From contig JBBFMI010000001.1 of NCBI GenBank assembly GCA_037478635.1, forward strand, positions 1 to 56,777: DNA of 56,777 nt, given 5' to 3'. Shown piece by piece: positions 29,901 through 40,009 of this stretch (the stretch's first letter is position 1; each line of letters opens with the position of its first letter). Both the position numbers and the translations under genes were made by a program. The notes under the pieces were generated by a model. The model had not been told where the DNA came from. It saw only the letters and a list, made by a program, of their open reading frames with translations, and searched no databases. This DNA comes from Candidatus Geothermincolales bacterium (GTDB lineage Bacteria > Actinomycetota > Geothermincolia > Geothermincolales > RBG-13-55-18).

Positions 29901-30470
29901 ATGAAAAGGGAATTACTCGTTGATGCTTGTTGCGGTCCATGCGCTATGGCCGCATTGCGATGCCTGGAAAAGGACCCCAGGGGGATGTTCTTTGTCTTCT
30001 ATAACCCGAACATCCATCCGTACACGGAATATGCCCGGAGGCGGGAAGCCTTCCTGCGGGTCATGGAGTTGGAGGGAGCTGAGTTCGAGATAATGGATTA
30101 CCGGCCAGAAGAATGGATCAGGGCGGTGGCGTTCCGGGAGGAAAGCCGCTGCGAGATGTGCTACCGCCTGAGGCTGAGGCTGGCGGCGGATAAGGCCTCG
30201 GAAAAGGGATTTGGGTCGTTCACCACCACTCTCTTCTCCAGTCCCTATCAGGATCACGAGATCATCGGAAAGATAGGAGAGACCCTGGCGAAAGAGAAAG
30301 GCCTCCACTTCCTCCGGTGGGATGGAAGGGACATATATAGGAAGGTGCTCCAGGAAGCCAGGGATAAAGGAATCTACACGCAGCCGTATTGCGGCTGCAT
30401 CCTCAGCGAGAGGGAGAGGTATGATCCCATGTCGCGAAGGAAGGGAAGCGGGTCAAAGCTTCATGGATGA
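29901..30470 (+). CDS. queH: Epoxyqueuosine reductase QueH (DUF208)
   Basis: DACCGPC, FYNPNIHPYTEYARR, TTTLFSSPYQDHEII, YTQPYCGCILSE. This conserved cysteine pattern is what I recall for DUF208/QueH. Confidence 0.82.
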   Translation: MKRELLVDACCGPCAMAALRCLEKDPRGMFFVFYNPNIHPYTEYARRREAFLRVMELEGAEFEIMDYRPEEWIRAVAFREESRCEMCYRLRLRLAADKASEKGFGSFTTTLFSSPYQDHEIIGKIGETLAKEKGLHFLRWDGRDIYRKVLQEARDKGIYTQPYCGCILSERERYDPMSRRKGSGSKLHG

Positions 30471-30515
30471 GATAAGACCCAACCGTCGCGGAAAGTGGGC
30501 CTGCGGGAATCCGTC

Positions 30516-31580
30516 ATGAAAAAGGAACTCTTCCGCTATGACCTCCCCCCGGAGCTCATCGCCCAGGAACCCCTGGAGGACAGGACGGCGAGCAGGCTCC
30601 TGGTGGTAGATTGCGAGGGCAAGAAGTGGGAACACAGGCGGTTTACCGACCTGGTGGAGTATCTGAGGTCGGGCGATGTCCTTGTTTTCAACCGGAGCCG
30701 GGTCAGGAAGGCCAGGCTCAGGGGTCACAAGCGGGAAAGCGGCGGAAGGGTAGAGGTCCTCCTCCTGGGGGAAAAGGGCGAGGGCGTGTGGGAAGCCCTG
30801 GCGCGACCTGCCCGCCGTCTTCCCGAGGGGACCGTCCTCCTCCTGGGTAAAAGCGGTTTGGAGGCGGAAGTGGTCTCCCGCCTGGGAGAGGGGAGGATCT
30901 TGGTCTCGTTTAAGGGAATGAAAACACACGAGGTAGAGAAGTTCCTGGAAGAGGAGGGGGAGGTGCCCCTTCCGCCCTATATCCGGAGGGAATTGAGGGA
31001 TCAGGATAGGTATCAAACGGTATACGCCAGGGAAACCGGTTCGGCTGCAGCTCCCACCGCCGGCCTTCATTTCGACCAGGCCATCCTCGAGCGCCTGGGA
31101 TCGATGGGGGTGAGGACCGTCTTCCTCAGGTTGGACATAGGCATCGACACTTTCCGTCCCATCGCCGAGGAGGAGGTGGAAAGACATCGGATACACCGGG
31201 AATGGGTTTCGGTGGAAGAGGGAGTGTGCCGGGAAGTGAACGAGGCGCGCCGTAGGGGGAACAGGGTTATCGCGGTGGGGACCACCAGCGTCAGGGCCCT
31301 GGAGACGGCCGCGAAGTTTTCCGAGGGCGAGCTCAGGCCCTATTCGGGTTACACGGACCTCTACATTTACCCGCCCTACAGGTTCCGGGCGGTGGACGGG
31401 ATCATCACTAATTTCCACCTGCCGGAATCAAGCCTCCTGGTGATGATATGTGCCTTCGCCGGCAGGAAGCTGGTACTTTCCGCCTACGAGGAGGCGGTCA
31501 GGGAGAAGTACAGGTTCCTGAGCTTTGGCGATTCTTCGTTCTTTATCTATCCGAATGGCTGGAGGATGCCCAGGGATTGA
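30516..31580 (+). CDS. queA: S-adenosylmethionine:tRNA ribosyltransferase-isomerase
   Basis: FRYDLPPELIAQEPLEDR, AAPTAGLHF, VGTTSVRALE. ATG at 30516; the ORF track starts at 30495. Confidence 0.93.
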   Translation: MKKELFRYDLPPELIAQEPLEDRTASRLLVVDCEGKKWEHRRFTDLVEYLRSGDVLVFNRSRVRKARLRGHKRESGGRVEVLLLGEKGEGVWEALARPARRLPEGTVLLLGKSGLEAEVVSRLGEGRILVSFKGMKTHEVEKFLEEEGEVPLPPYIRRELRDQDRYQTVYARETGSAAAPTAGLHFDQAILERLGSMGVRTVFLRLDIGIDTFRPIAEEEVERHRIHREWVSVEEGVCREVNEARRRGNRVIAVGTTSVRALETAAKFSEGELRPYSGYTDLYIYPPYRFRAVDGIITNFHLPESSLLVMICAFAGRKLVLSAYEEAVREKYRFLSFGDSSFFIYPNGWRMPRD

Positions 31581-31692
31581 ATGGCGACAGGTAATCCCAG
31601 GTCCTGATCGGGTGACCGCGAGCGCATGCGGTAGCCCGGAGGCTTAGCGATAAAAAGGTCACCTCGCGTGCACTTCCCTTTTTCGCTTCCCT

Positions 31693-31698
31693 TATAAT
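31693..31698 (+). promoter_or_regulatory. Perfect TATAAT -10 hexamer upstream of tgt (no convincing -35)
   Basis: TATAAT at 31693-31698, 94 nt upstream of the tgt ATG, inside a 211-nt queA-tgt gap. Confidence 0.3.
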
Positions 31699-31791
31699 GC
31701 TCTTGGTCTCCGGGAGTATCGGACTCGGACGGGGCGGATAGGCGTTGTAAGAAGTTCAAGGAACGCTGCACTCGATCGTTGTCTCGGGAAG

Positions 31792-32940
31792 ATGGAGTTC
31801 ACGATATTGAGTAGGGACATGGGTTCCAGGGCCCGCCTGGGGCTTATCAAGACGTCCCGGGGAGAGGTCAGGACGCCCGCCTTCCTTCCCGTGGGAACCA
31901 GGGGTACGGTGAAGGCCATGGCTCCCTGGGAGCTGGAAGAACTCGGGTACGAGATGGTCCTTTCCAATCTCTACCATCTTTACCTAAGGCCGGGAATAGA
32001 GACCATTAAGGAGGCCGGTGGACTTCACCGGTTTGTTGGCTGGGATAGGCCGATTCTCACCGACAGCGGCGGTTTCCAGGTCTTCTCCCTATCGAGGATC
32101 CTCGAGGTGGAAGATGAGGGGGTGAGATTCCGCTCGGTTTACGACGGTAGCGAGGTGTTCATGACCCCTGAAGAAGCGTTGAGGGCCCAGGAGGCGCTTG
32201 GCTCCGACATAGCGGTGGTCCTGGATTACTGCGTGGGATATCCCGCGCCGGTGGAAGAAGCGGAGAAGGGCGTGGAGCTCACCCGGAGGTGGGCCCTGCG
32301 GTCTCTGGCTGCGCGTTCCTCCTCGAATGAACAGGCCGTGTTCGGCGTGGTGCAGGGCGGCACTTACCCGGAATTGCGCCGCAGGAGCGCCGAAGAGCTG
32401 GCCCAGATGGATTTCGACGGTTACGGGATAGGAGGGCTCTCGGTGGGTGAGCCGAGAGAACTGATGGTGGAATGCGTGAAGATCCAGACCTCGATCCTCC
32501 CGGAGGATAAACCCCGCCACCTCTTGGGCGTGGGGGACCCCCTGGGAGTGGTTATGGCGGTATCGCTGGGGGTGGATCTCTTCGATTGCGTGCTCCCCAC
32601 CCGCATGGCCAGGACAGGGGTGGCCCTGACCCGTGACGGTCGATTAAACCTCAGGAATTCCAGGTTCGCCAGGGATCACGGTCCCCTGGAGGAGGATTGC
32701 CCTTGCCCCGCCTGCCGACGGTTCAGTCGTGCCTACTTGCGTCACCTCCACAAAGTGGGCGAAATGCTTGCTCATCGGCTTCTCACCTGGCACAACCTGC
32801 AGTTCATGCAGCGACTCATGCTGGATTGCAGGGAAGCGATCGCTGCTGGTAGAATGAACGAGTTAATCGGGCGCTGGAAGGAGTGGGAAGAAAGGGAGCG
32901 GTCAAAAAGGGTTGACATTGCGGGAGAAAGGGACGGGTAA
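31792..32940 (+). CDS. tgt: Queuine tRNA-ribosyltransferase
   Basis: ILTDSGGFQVFS, LLGVGDP, zinc site CPCPACRRFSRAYLRHL. Confidence 0.95.
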   Translation: MEFTILSRDMGSRARLGLIKTSRGEVRTPAFLPVGTRGTVKAMAPWELEELGYEMVLSNLYHLYLRPGIETIKEAGGLHRFVGWDRPILTDSGGFQVFSLSRILEVEDEGVRFRSVYDGSEVFMTPEEALRAQEALGSDIAVVLDYCVGYPAPVEEAEKGVELTRRWALRSLAARSSSNEQAVFGVVQGGTYPELRRRSAEELAQMDFDGYGIGGLSVGEPRELMVECVKIQTSILPEDKPRHLLGVGDPLGVVMAVSLGVDLFDCVLPTRMARTGVALTRDGRLNLRNSRFARDHGPLEEDCPCPACRRFSRAYLRHLHKVGEMLAHRLLTWHNLQFMQRLMLDCREAIAAGRMNELIGRWKEWEERERSKRVDIAGERDG

Positions 32941-32943
32941 AAG

Positions 32944-33249
32944 ATGTCCGAAAACGTTATGTCCATCGTTCTCATCCTGGTACTCCTTGCCATCTTTTAT
33001 TTCCTCCTCATAAGGCCGCAACAGAAGAGGATGCGGCAGCAGATGGAGCTGATCCGCAACCTGAAGGTCGGCGACGAGGTGATGACATCAGCGGGCATCT
33101 TCGGTACCGTGCATCAACTGGAAGAGGACACCGTCCTCCTGGAGGTGGCGGAGGACGTGGTGATAAGGGTGGCCAAGAACTCCATCGTGAGGAACTTCAC
33201 CTCCGAGGGCTCGCAGCAAAGCCAGGAGGATGAAGGGGAAAAGGATTGA
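32944..33249 (+). CDS. yajC: Preprotein translocase subunit YajC
   Basis: LILVLLAIFYFLLIRPQQKRMRQ, then GDEVMTSAGIFGTV. Confidence 0.9.
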   Translation: MSENVMSIVLILVLLAIFYFLLIRPQQKRMRQQMELIRNLKVGDEVMTSAGIFGTVHQLEEDTVLLEVAEDVVIRVAKNSIVRNFTSEGSQQSQEDEGEKD

Positions 33250-33393
33250 ACGGGTAGACTGAGAACCTTCCGGGACGGGCCACCGGGAATTAATAAGGTA
33301 AAGTGCCGCCGCTTCCCGCCGATTGATTCCCGATAGCATCCTTTAACCGATCTCGCTTGGGAAGCGCTTGATTTCAGGTGTAGCGAGAGTTCC

Positions 33394-34800
33394 GTGATGG
33401 GGGTGGAACTAGTGAAGAGCAGAAGGCCCTATTTATGGTTGACGGCGCTGATAGTGATCCTCCTTGCCATATACATCCCCGTGGCGGTCGGACGCTGGAC
33501 GCCGCGCCTGGGATTGGATCTCCAGGGGGGGATAAGCGTAACCCTTAAAGCACTGGGAAACGTCGGCGCCGATCAGATCGAGAAGGCGGCCGACATCATC
33601 CGCCGCAGGGTTAACGCCCTGGGCCTGACCGAGCCAGTGGTGGCCCCTCAGGGCAACAACCGCATACTGGTCCAGATACCAGGAGAGCAGGACCCGGACC
33701 GGGTACTCTCCATCATCGGGAGTACCGCCCAGCTGCAGTTCCGGGAGGTGCTCGAGATAATATCGCCCACCGACGAAAAGTACGAGTCCACGCCCCTCAC
33801 CGAGATTGATCCTACCGACCTGGAAAAATACCAGGCCCTCAAGGACCAGGAGATCGTGCTCCCTTATAAGGGAAAGGGCGACGAAGAGATAAAGCTGCGC
33901 CTGGCTAAAACGGAGCTCACCGGCGACATAATAAAAGACGCCCAGGCGGCGGTGGATGACCGGCATGGAGGTTACAAGATCCTGTTCGAGCTCACGCCCG
34001 AGGCTTCCAAGCAATTCGCGGACCTCACCACCCGCTTGGTGGGCAAGCACCTGGCCATCGTGATGGACTACAACGTGGAATCCTTCCCCACCGTCAACGA
34101 GGCCATTACCGATGGCAGGGGGGAGATAACCGGCGATTTCACCCGCGAGGAAGCCCGGGATCTGGCTATGGTGCTCCGCATGGGCGCGTTGCCCGTGGAG
34201 TTCGAACCCAACCCGCTGGTGGAAAACGTGAGCGCGTCACTGGGAAGGGATTCCCTGCGCCAGGGACTTATAGCGGGCCTGGTGGGCCTGGCACTGGTTC
34301 TGATCTTCATGCTGGCGGTCTACCGGCTCTTAGGGATCGTAACGGCAATGGCCCTTTTGCTCTTCGGCCTGTTCATGTACGGGGTGATAGTGCTGCTCGG
34401 CCACTTCATCGATTGGTCGCTCACCCTGGCCGCCATCGCCGGCGTGGTGGTATCCGTGGGGATATCGGCGGATTCCAGCGTGGTCTTCTTCGAGAGGCTC
34501 AAAGAGGAAGTCAGGGAGGGCAAGAAGGTACGCTCGTCGGTGGACCGGGCTTATCGTTCCGCCTTTCGCACCATCATCGCCGCCGACGCCGCGACCTTCA
34601 TAGCCGCCCTGATCCTTTGGCTTCTGGCCATGGGACCGGTGAAGGGTTTCGCCTTCACGCTCGGGCTCTCCACCGTGTTCGACGTGTTCATATCCTACGC
34701 CTTTACCCGCAACGCGGTAAGCCTTCTTTCCCGGTTGGAGGCTTACAACAGGCCGCGGAACGTGGGCGTGGGGAGAGAGTACCTGGGGAGTGAGGCGTGA
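33394..34800 (+). CDS. secD: Protein translocase subunit SecD
   Basis: LGLDLQGGISVTL, large periplasmic domain, C-terminal RND-like TM bundle; 1-nt TGATG overlap with secF. Confidence 0.93.
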   Translation: MMGVELVKSRRPYLWLTALIVILLAIYIPVAVGRWTPRLGLDLQGGISVTLKALGNVGADQIEKAADIIRRRVNALGLTEPVVAPQGNNRILVQIPGEQDPDRVLSIIGSTAQLQFREVLEIISPTDEKYESTPLTEIDPTDLEKYQALKDQEIVLPYKGKGDEEIKLRLAKTELTGDIIKDAQAAVDDRHGGYKILFELTPEASKQFADLTTRLVGKHLAIVMDYNVESFPTVNEAITDGRGEITGDFTREEARDLAMVLRMGALPVEFEPNPLVENVSASLGRDSLRQGLIAGLVGLALVLIFMLAVYRLLGIVTAMALLLFGLFMYGVIVLLGHFIDWSLTLAAIAGVVVSVGISADSSVVFFERLKEEVREGKKVRSSVDRAYRSAFRTIIAADAATFIAALILWLLAMGPVKGFAFTLGLSTVFDVFISYAFTRNAVSLLSRLEAYNRPRNVGVGREYLGSEA

Positions 34801-35999
34801 TGTATATAAAGGGCAAGGAATACAAGTTCAGGATAGTAGGGGACTCCCCTTTAAGGCCACCTAACCTCTATTGGTTCGGCTTTTCAGCCTTCCTCATCGT
34901 GGTGAGCGTGGTGGCCCTTTTGACCCTGGGCATAAACTGGGGGATCGAGTTCAAGGGGGGATATCTCCTCAAGGCTCGCCTGGGGATGCCCGCGGACGTG
35001 GGAGAGGTGAGGTCGATACTGGCGGGATTCCAGGAGCCAGGCCTGGAGAAGAGCATTATCCAGACCTCAGACGAAGGGCTCGTTCTGAGCCTGCGCATGC
35101 CCTATATCGAGAACGCAAACCGGAGAAAGGAGGTAATCGACGGCATAAAGGGGGAACTCGAAAAGAGTTACGGACTCGCCGAGCTCCTCCAGGAAGAACA
35201 GGTGGGATCCGAATGGGGCGTGGAAGTCAGCCGGAAGGCGATAATCGCGCTGTTGGTCTTCCTGCTGGTGATCCTGGTCTATATTACTTTCCGGCTGGAG
35301 TTCAAGATGGCCGTGGCCGCCATTCTGGCCTTGATCCATGACACCTTGATAACCGTCGGCATATATTCCCTGTCGAGGAGGATGGTAAGTCCGGCCACGG
35401 TGATCGCTTTCCTCACCATCCTCGGTTATTCCCTCTACGATACCATCGTGGTGTTCGACAGGGTGGAGGAAAACACCAATCTTTATGCCAAATCGCGGAT
35501 GGCCTTCAGCGATATAGTGAACGAGAGCGTGAACCAGACCCTCATGCGTTCCATCGGCACCTCTGTCACCACCCTGCTGCCGATCGTTACCATATTGATC
35601 TTCGGAGGAGAGACGCTGAAGGATTTTGCCTTCGCCCTTTTCCTGGGGGTCCTTCTCGGGGGGTACTCGTCCATTTTCATAGCTTCGCCGGTTCTTGCCA
35701 TGTGGAAGGAGAGGGAACCCCGTTACGCTGCCCTTAGGGAAAGGGCACAACCATCCGTAAGGGCGAAAGACCTGATATTGAAGCCTGATTCGAGGAAACC
35801 TGCCACGGTCGAAGGCCTCAAGGGGACCGAGGAACCTATTCCACCATCGGAGGAGGCGAGACCGACTCCCGCTGGCGCGTCGGGGGGAGCGAGAGCGAGG
35901 ACTGGCGCGAAGAACTCGAGCGGGCCCGCAGCCGGGAAAAAGAAGGCGACCACCAAGGGGCCAGGTGGAGGAAAGAAGAAGCGCAAAAAGAAGAAGTAA
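34800..35999 (+). CDS. secF: Protein translocase subunit SecF with about 80-aa basic low-complexity C-terminal tail
   Basis: GIEFKGGYLL and a SecF TM bundle. Tail ends ...AGKKKATTKGPGGGKKKRKKKK. ATG 34800 (the ORF track lists GTG 34797). Confidence 0.92.
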   Translation: MYIKGKEYKFRIVGDSPLRPPNLYWFGFSAFLIVVSVVALLTLGINWGIEFKGGYLLKARLGMPADVGEVRSILAGFQEPGLEKSIIQTSDEGLVLSLRMPYIENANRRKEVIDGIKGELEKSYGLAELLQEEQVGSEWGVEVSRKAIIALLVFLLVILVYITFRLEFKMAVAAILALIHDTLITVGIYSLSRRMVSPATVIAFLTILGYSLYDTIVVFDRVEENTNLYAKSRMAFSDIVNESVNQTLMRSIGTSVTTLLPIVTILIFGGETLKDFAFALFLGVLLGGYSSIFIASPVLAMWKEREPRYAALRERAQPSVRAKDLILKPDSRKPATVEGLKGTEEPIPPSEEARPTPAGASGGARARTGAKNSSGPAAGKKKATTKGPGGGKKKRKKKK

Positions 36000-36069
36000 G
36001 AAAAGAAGAAGTAAGCCATCGCCAAGGGAATCTGTTATAGGCTTGAAGCGGTTTGTGAAAAGCGGGGGC

Positions 36070-36100
36070 GCTCCGGACGATTCCGGAGCCCTTTTCTTTC
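36070..36100 (+). terminator. Rho-independent terminator after secF
   Basis: GCTCCGGA / TCCGGAGC 8-bp stem, CGAT loop, followed by CCTTTTCTTTC. Confidence 0.7.
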
Positions 36101-36425
36101 TACATGTTGAGGAAGCAGAGACCCGTCAGTCGGGACTAGGAGAACCCACGGTTGTAAAAGCGTCGGCCACCGTCACACTAGGGATACCAGGTTGGCCCGA
36201 TGTACCAAATGATCAAGAGACATTTTCATGACGCGGGTCAGTTGGAAGGAGACGCATCTCGTGGGCGGGATGGAGCTCGGGCGACTTGCGCGAGAGGTCC
36301 CCGTCGTGAGGTTGTGAGAAAACTGTCCACGTTCCCACGGGCTCGTTAAAACGGGGGCCAGGATGTCATAAAATCAAATCAGGAAACCGGTGGTTCTTAA
36401 CTGACCTTACCTGGAGGAAAAGCAT

Positions 36426-38609
36426 TTGGTGAACCAGACCTTCGAGGGACTGCTGGAGAAGGTCACCGCTTATCAGGGAAGAGGCGATCTGGCCTTGCTC
36501 AAGAAGGCCTATGAATTCGCCTGTGCCCATCACGCCGACCAATACCGCAAGAGCGGCGAGGAGTTCATCCTCCACCCCCTGGGAGTAGCCCACATCCTCG
36601 CCGACATGCAGATGGACGAAGTAACCCTGGCATCAGCGCTCCTCCACGACGTGGTGGAGGACACGGACATCACGCTGGACGAACTGAGGAGCGAGTTCGG
36701 AGACGAGATCGCCGATATAGTCGACGGGGTCACGAAATTAGACCGAATGTCCTTCTCCAGCCGGGAGGAGGCCCAGGCGGAGAACTTCCGCAAGATGTTC
36801 GTGGCCATGGCCAGGGACATGAGGGTGATCATCATAAAACTCGCGGACCGCCTGGACAACATGAGGACCATAGGTTATCTCCCGGAACAGAAACAACGGG
36901 AGAAAGCCCAGGAGACCCTCGAGATATACGCTCCTTTAGCCCACCGGCTTGGCATATCCCAGCTCAAGTGGCAACTGGAAGACATCGCCTTTGCCACTCT
37001 CTATCCCCTCCACTTCAACGAGCTGGTCCACATGATGGATCAGCGCCGCCCGGAGAGGGAGGCCTACATAGACAGTGTCAGGAAGATTCTGGAAGAAGAA
37101 CTCGATAAGGCCGGGATAGAGGGACGGGTGGAGGGAAGGGTAAAGCACTACTACAGCATTTTCATGAAGATGAAGGAGGCGGGGAAGCAGTTCGACGAGA
37201 TATACGACATCTTCGCGGTACGAGTGCTGGTGAAGAACAAGGAGGACTGTTACAAGACCCTGGGGTTGGTGCACACCCTGTGGCATCCCCTGCCGGGAAG
37301 GATCAAGGACTATATCTCCAGGCCAAAGTTCGGCATTTATCAGAGCCTGCACACCACGGTGATAGGGCCTGAGGGTCGTCCCCTGGAGATCCAGATCAGG
37401 ACCTACGAGATGCACCAGGTGGCGGAATACGGGGTGGCCGCCCACTGGCGATACAAGGAATACCAGAAGAGCAGGGGAAAGCCGAAGGACCAGGCGGCGT
37501 GGATGAAAAGGGTCCTGGAATGGCAGAGGGACCTTTCGGATCCCGGGGAGTTCATGGATGGCTTGAGGATCGACCTCTTCCAGGACGAGGTCTTCGTGTT
37601 CACCCCCAAGGGCGATATAGTGGACCTACCGAGGGGATCCACGCCTATAGACTTCGCTTACGCCATCCATACCGACGTAGGTCACCGATGCGTGGGCGCA
37701 AAGGTGAACGGCAAGCTGGTCCCCCTCCATTACGAACTGCGGAACGGCGACATCGTCTACATAATCACGTCCAACACCTCCCCGGGACCTTCCAAGGATT
37801 GGCTGCAGATGGTTAAGACCCCCAGGGCAAGGGCGAAGATAAGGCAATGGTTCTCCCGGGAGAGGAAGGAGGAAGACGCCCAGCTCGGGAAGGACATCCT
37901 TTTGAAAGCCATGCGTAAAGCCGGTCTTCCGGTGAAAAAGATCCAAGCCTCGGGCCTCTTGGAGACAGTGGCCCAGGAGGACTTCGCATTCGTCTCCCTG
38001 GAAGACCTGTACGCGAGCATCGGGGCGGGCAAGACCTCGCAGCACAACGTCATCACGCGGCTGACGGCAAGGCTCTCCCCCGAGGACAAGCCCAAGGAGC
38101 CGGAGAGGAAGACCAGGCGACGGAGGAAACCGCCCTCTTACACTCGGGGCGTGAAGGTGGATGGGGTGGAGAATGTCCTGGTGAGGATCGCCCACTGCTG
38201 CAACCCGGTTCCTTACGATCGGATAATGGGATTCGTCACCCGGGGAAGGGGTATATCCGTGCATCGGGCGGATTGCCCCAATGCCATTCACATGCTGAAA
38301 CAGGGATACCGGCGGATCGAGGTATCCTGGGACACCAGCCAGCCCACCAGTTACCAGGTGGAGATATGCGTGGAGGCCCTGGATCGACCCAAGCTGCTCC
38401 GCGATATAACCACCGTTATGGGCGAGTACCACGTCAACATCCTTTCGGCGACCCTCAACATCACCAAGGACAACGTGGCCGTGAGCAGGTTCATTTTCGA
38501 GCTGGGAGACATATCCTGCCTGGAGGACATGTTGAGGAACATCCGACGCCTCGACTCGGTCTTCAACGCCTACCGGGTGCTTCCCAGCACCGCTGTCCCA
38601 GAGGCCTGA
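36426..38609 (+). CDS. relA: Bifunctional (p)ppGpp synthetase/hydrolase Rel (HD-synthetase-TGS-ACT)
   Basis: HD domain HPLGVAHILADM...LHDVVEDT, RelA/SpoT synthetase region (DIFAVRVLV, YKTLGLVHTLW), TGS (VFVFTPKGDIVDLPRGSTPIDFAY), C-terminal ACT; TTG/GTG start. Confidence 0.95.
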   Translation: MVNQTFEGLLEKVTAYQGRGDLALLKKAYEFACAHHADQYRKSGEEFILHPLGVAHILADMQMDEVTLASALLHDVVEDTDITLDELRSEFGDEIADIVDGVTKLDRMSFSSREEAQAENFRKMFVAMARDMRVIIIKLADRLDNMRTIGYLPEQKQREKAQETLEIYAPLAHRLGISQLKWQLEDIAFATLYPLHFNELVHMMDQRRPEREAYIDSVRKILEEELDKAGIEGRVEGRVKHYYSIFMKMKEAGKQFDEIYDIFAVRVLVKNKEDCYKTLGLVHTLWHPLPGRIKDYISRPKFGIYQSLHTTVIGPEGRPLEIQIRTYEMHQVAEYGVAAHWRYKEYQKSRGKPKDQAAWMKRVLEWQRDLSDPGEFMDGLRIDLFQDEVFVFTPKGDIVDLPRGSTPIDFAYAIHTDVGHRCVGAKVNGKLVPLHYELRNGDIVYIITSNTSPGPSKDWLQMVKTPRARAKIRQWFSRERKEEDAQLGKDILLKAMRKAGLPVKKIQASGLLETVAQEDFAFVSLEDLYASIGAGKTSQHNVITRLTARLSPEDKPKEPERKTRRRRKPPSYTRGVKVDGVENVLVRIAHCCNPVPYDRIMGFVTRGRGISVHRADCPNAIHMLKQGYRRIEVSWDTSQPTSYQVEICVEALDRPKLLRDITTVMGEYHVNILSATLNITKDNVAVSRFIFELGDISCLEDMLRNIRRLDSVFNAYRVLPSTAVPEA

Positions 38610-38748
38610 GGGTAGCCCTGCGATATCGGCGATGCGAAGAGAGTTTTCCTGAAAGGGCATCGTCGCGCTCCGGGTCAGCTGGCAAAGCGAGGACAAGTGC
38701 TCTTAGGGCACGATCTGCGGATGGAGAAACGGAGGAGGGATTCCCGGC

Positions 38749-39189
38749 ATGAAGGCCTTAATCCAGAGGGTGGCGAGGTGCGCGGTTAGGGTTGGTGGAA
38801 GGGAGGTGTCCTCCATCGGCCGGGGCGTGTTGGTGCTCCTGGGGATCTCGGTGGAGGACGGGGAGGAAGATGCGAGATACCTGGCCGATAAGGTGGTGAA
38901 CCTGAGGATATTCGAGGATGACCGGGGCAAGATGAACCTTTCCTTGAAGGATATCGGCGGCGAGGTCATGGTGGTATCTCAGTTCACGTTATACGGGGAC
39001 GCTCGAAAGGGCAGAAGGCCCAGCTACACCCGGGCTGCCCCACCCGAAAAGGCGGATCCCCTCTATCGATATTTCTGCGAGCAGGTGGAGTCGCTTGGCT
39101 TTCCGGTCCGAAGAGGTGTATTCGGTGCCCACATGGAAGTCGAACTGGTAAACGACGGTCCCGTCACCCTGCTCCTGGAAAGCCGGTGA
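38749..39189 (+). CDS. dtd: D-aminoacyl-tRNA deacylase
   Basis: MKALIQRV..., VSQFTLYGDARKGRRPS, GAHMEVELVNDGPVT. Confidence 0.93.
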   Translation: MKALIQRVARCAVRVGGREVSSIGRGVLVLLGISVEDGEEDARYLADKVVNLRIFEDDRGKMNLSLKDIGGEVMVVSQFTLYGDARKGRRPSYTRAAPPEKADPLYRYFCEQVESLGFPVRRGVFGAHMEVELVNDGPVTLLLESR

Positions 39190-39376
39190 TGATGTCCTCG
39201 CCGCCATATCCAACGGCGAGGTGAAGTTGAGCGGGCGAGGAGAAGTCCTCGCTCTTGTAAAGGGCCGGCAAGCGGTCCAAAGAATGCCTCTGGGTCGGGT
39301 TTCCTGGCTCCAGGTGATGGGGGAATGTATAATTTCATGGACGCCTACGGGATCTACGTTTCTGGAGGTAGCGTGG

Positions 39377-40009
39377 ATGCTGCTGGAAACCCTGGTTCTT
39401 GGCATGTTGGCCACGAACTGCTACGTGGTGGCCGAAGGCGAGAAGGGACGGGCCGCGGTCATCGACCCTGCCGGAGAGATCCGGAGGATAGTGTCCGTTC
39501 TTCACCGTCATGAACTGGAATGTGTTGCCATCCTGTGTACTCACGGACACGTCGACCATGTCGCGGGGGCAGGACCCCTGAGCGACGCCACCGAGGCCCC
39601 GGTGTTCATCCATTCGCTCGACGCCGATTCCCTGGCCAGCCCCCGCACAAGACTGCTCGGGATGGCAGGGGGGATGATATCGACTCGGCCGCGCAGCGTG
39701 ATCACGCTGGAAGACGGCGATGAGATCGAAGTGGGAACCCTCAGGTTCAAGGTCCTGCATACTCCGGGACACACGCGGGGCGGGGTAAGCTTCTACCTTC
39801 CCGGGGCCCTTTTCTGCGGCGACCTCATCTTCCAGGGATCGATCGGGAGGACCGATCTCAAGGGTGGTTCGCTGCAGACCCTGCTTAAATCGGTGAGAGA
39901 AAAGGTCTGGCCTCTTCCGGATGACACGGTGATATATCCCGGGCATGGCCCGGTGACAACCCTGGGGGCGGAAAAGAAGTCCAACCCGTTTTTGTTGGGT
40001 CTCGAATGA
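39377..40009 (+). CDS. MBL-fold metallo-hydrolase (glyoxalase II-like)
   Basis: CTHGHVDHVAG (HxHxDH), HTPGHTRGG, YPGHGP. ATG 39377 follows GGAGGT; the ORF track starts at 39221. Confidence 0.85.
   Translation: MLLETLVLGMLATNCYVVAEGEKGRAAVIDPAGEIRRIVSVLHRHELECVAILCTHGHVDHVAGAGPLSDATEAPVFIHSLDADSLASPRTRLLGMAGGMISTRPRSVITLEDGDEIEVGTLRFKVLHTPGHTRGGVSFYLPGALFCGDLIFQGSIGRTDLKGGSLQTLLKSVREKVWPLPDDTVIYPGHGPVTTLGAEKKSNPFLLGLE

Noticed and set aside
35986-36015. The 15-nt tandem duplication at the secF stop as a CRISPR-like or interspersed repeat.
   Set aside because: There are only two adjacent copies with no spacers. It is consistent with simple slippage in a poly-Lys (AAG/AAA) tract.
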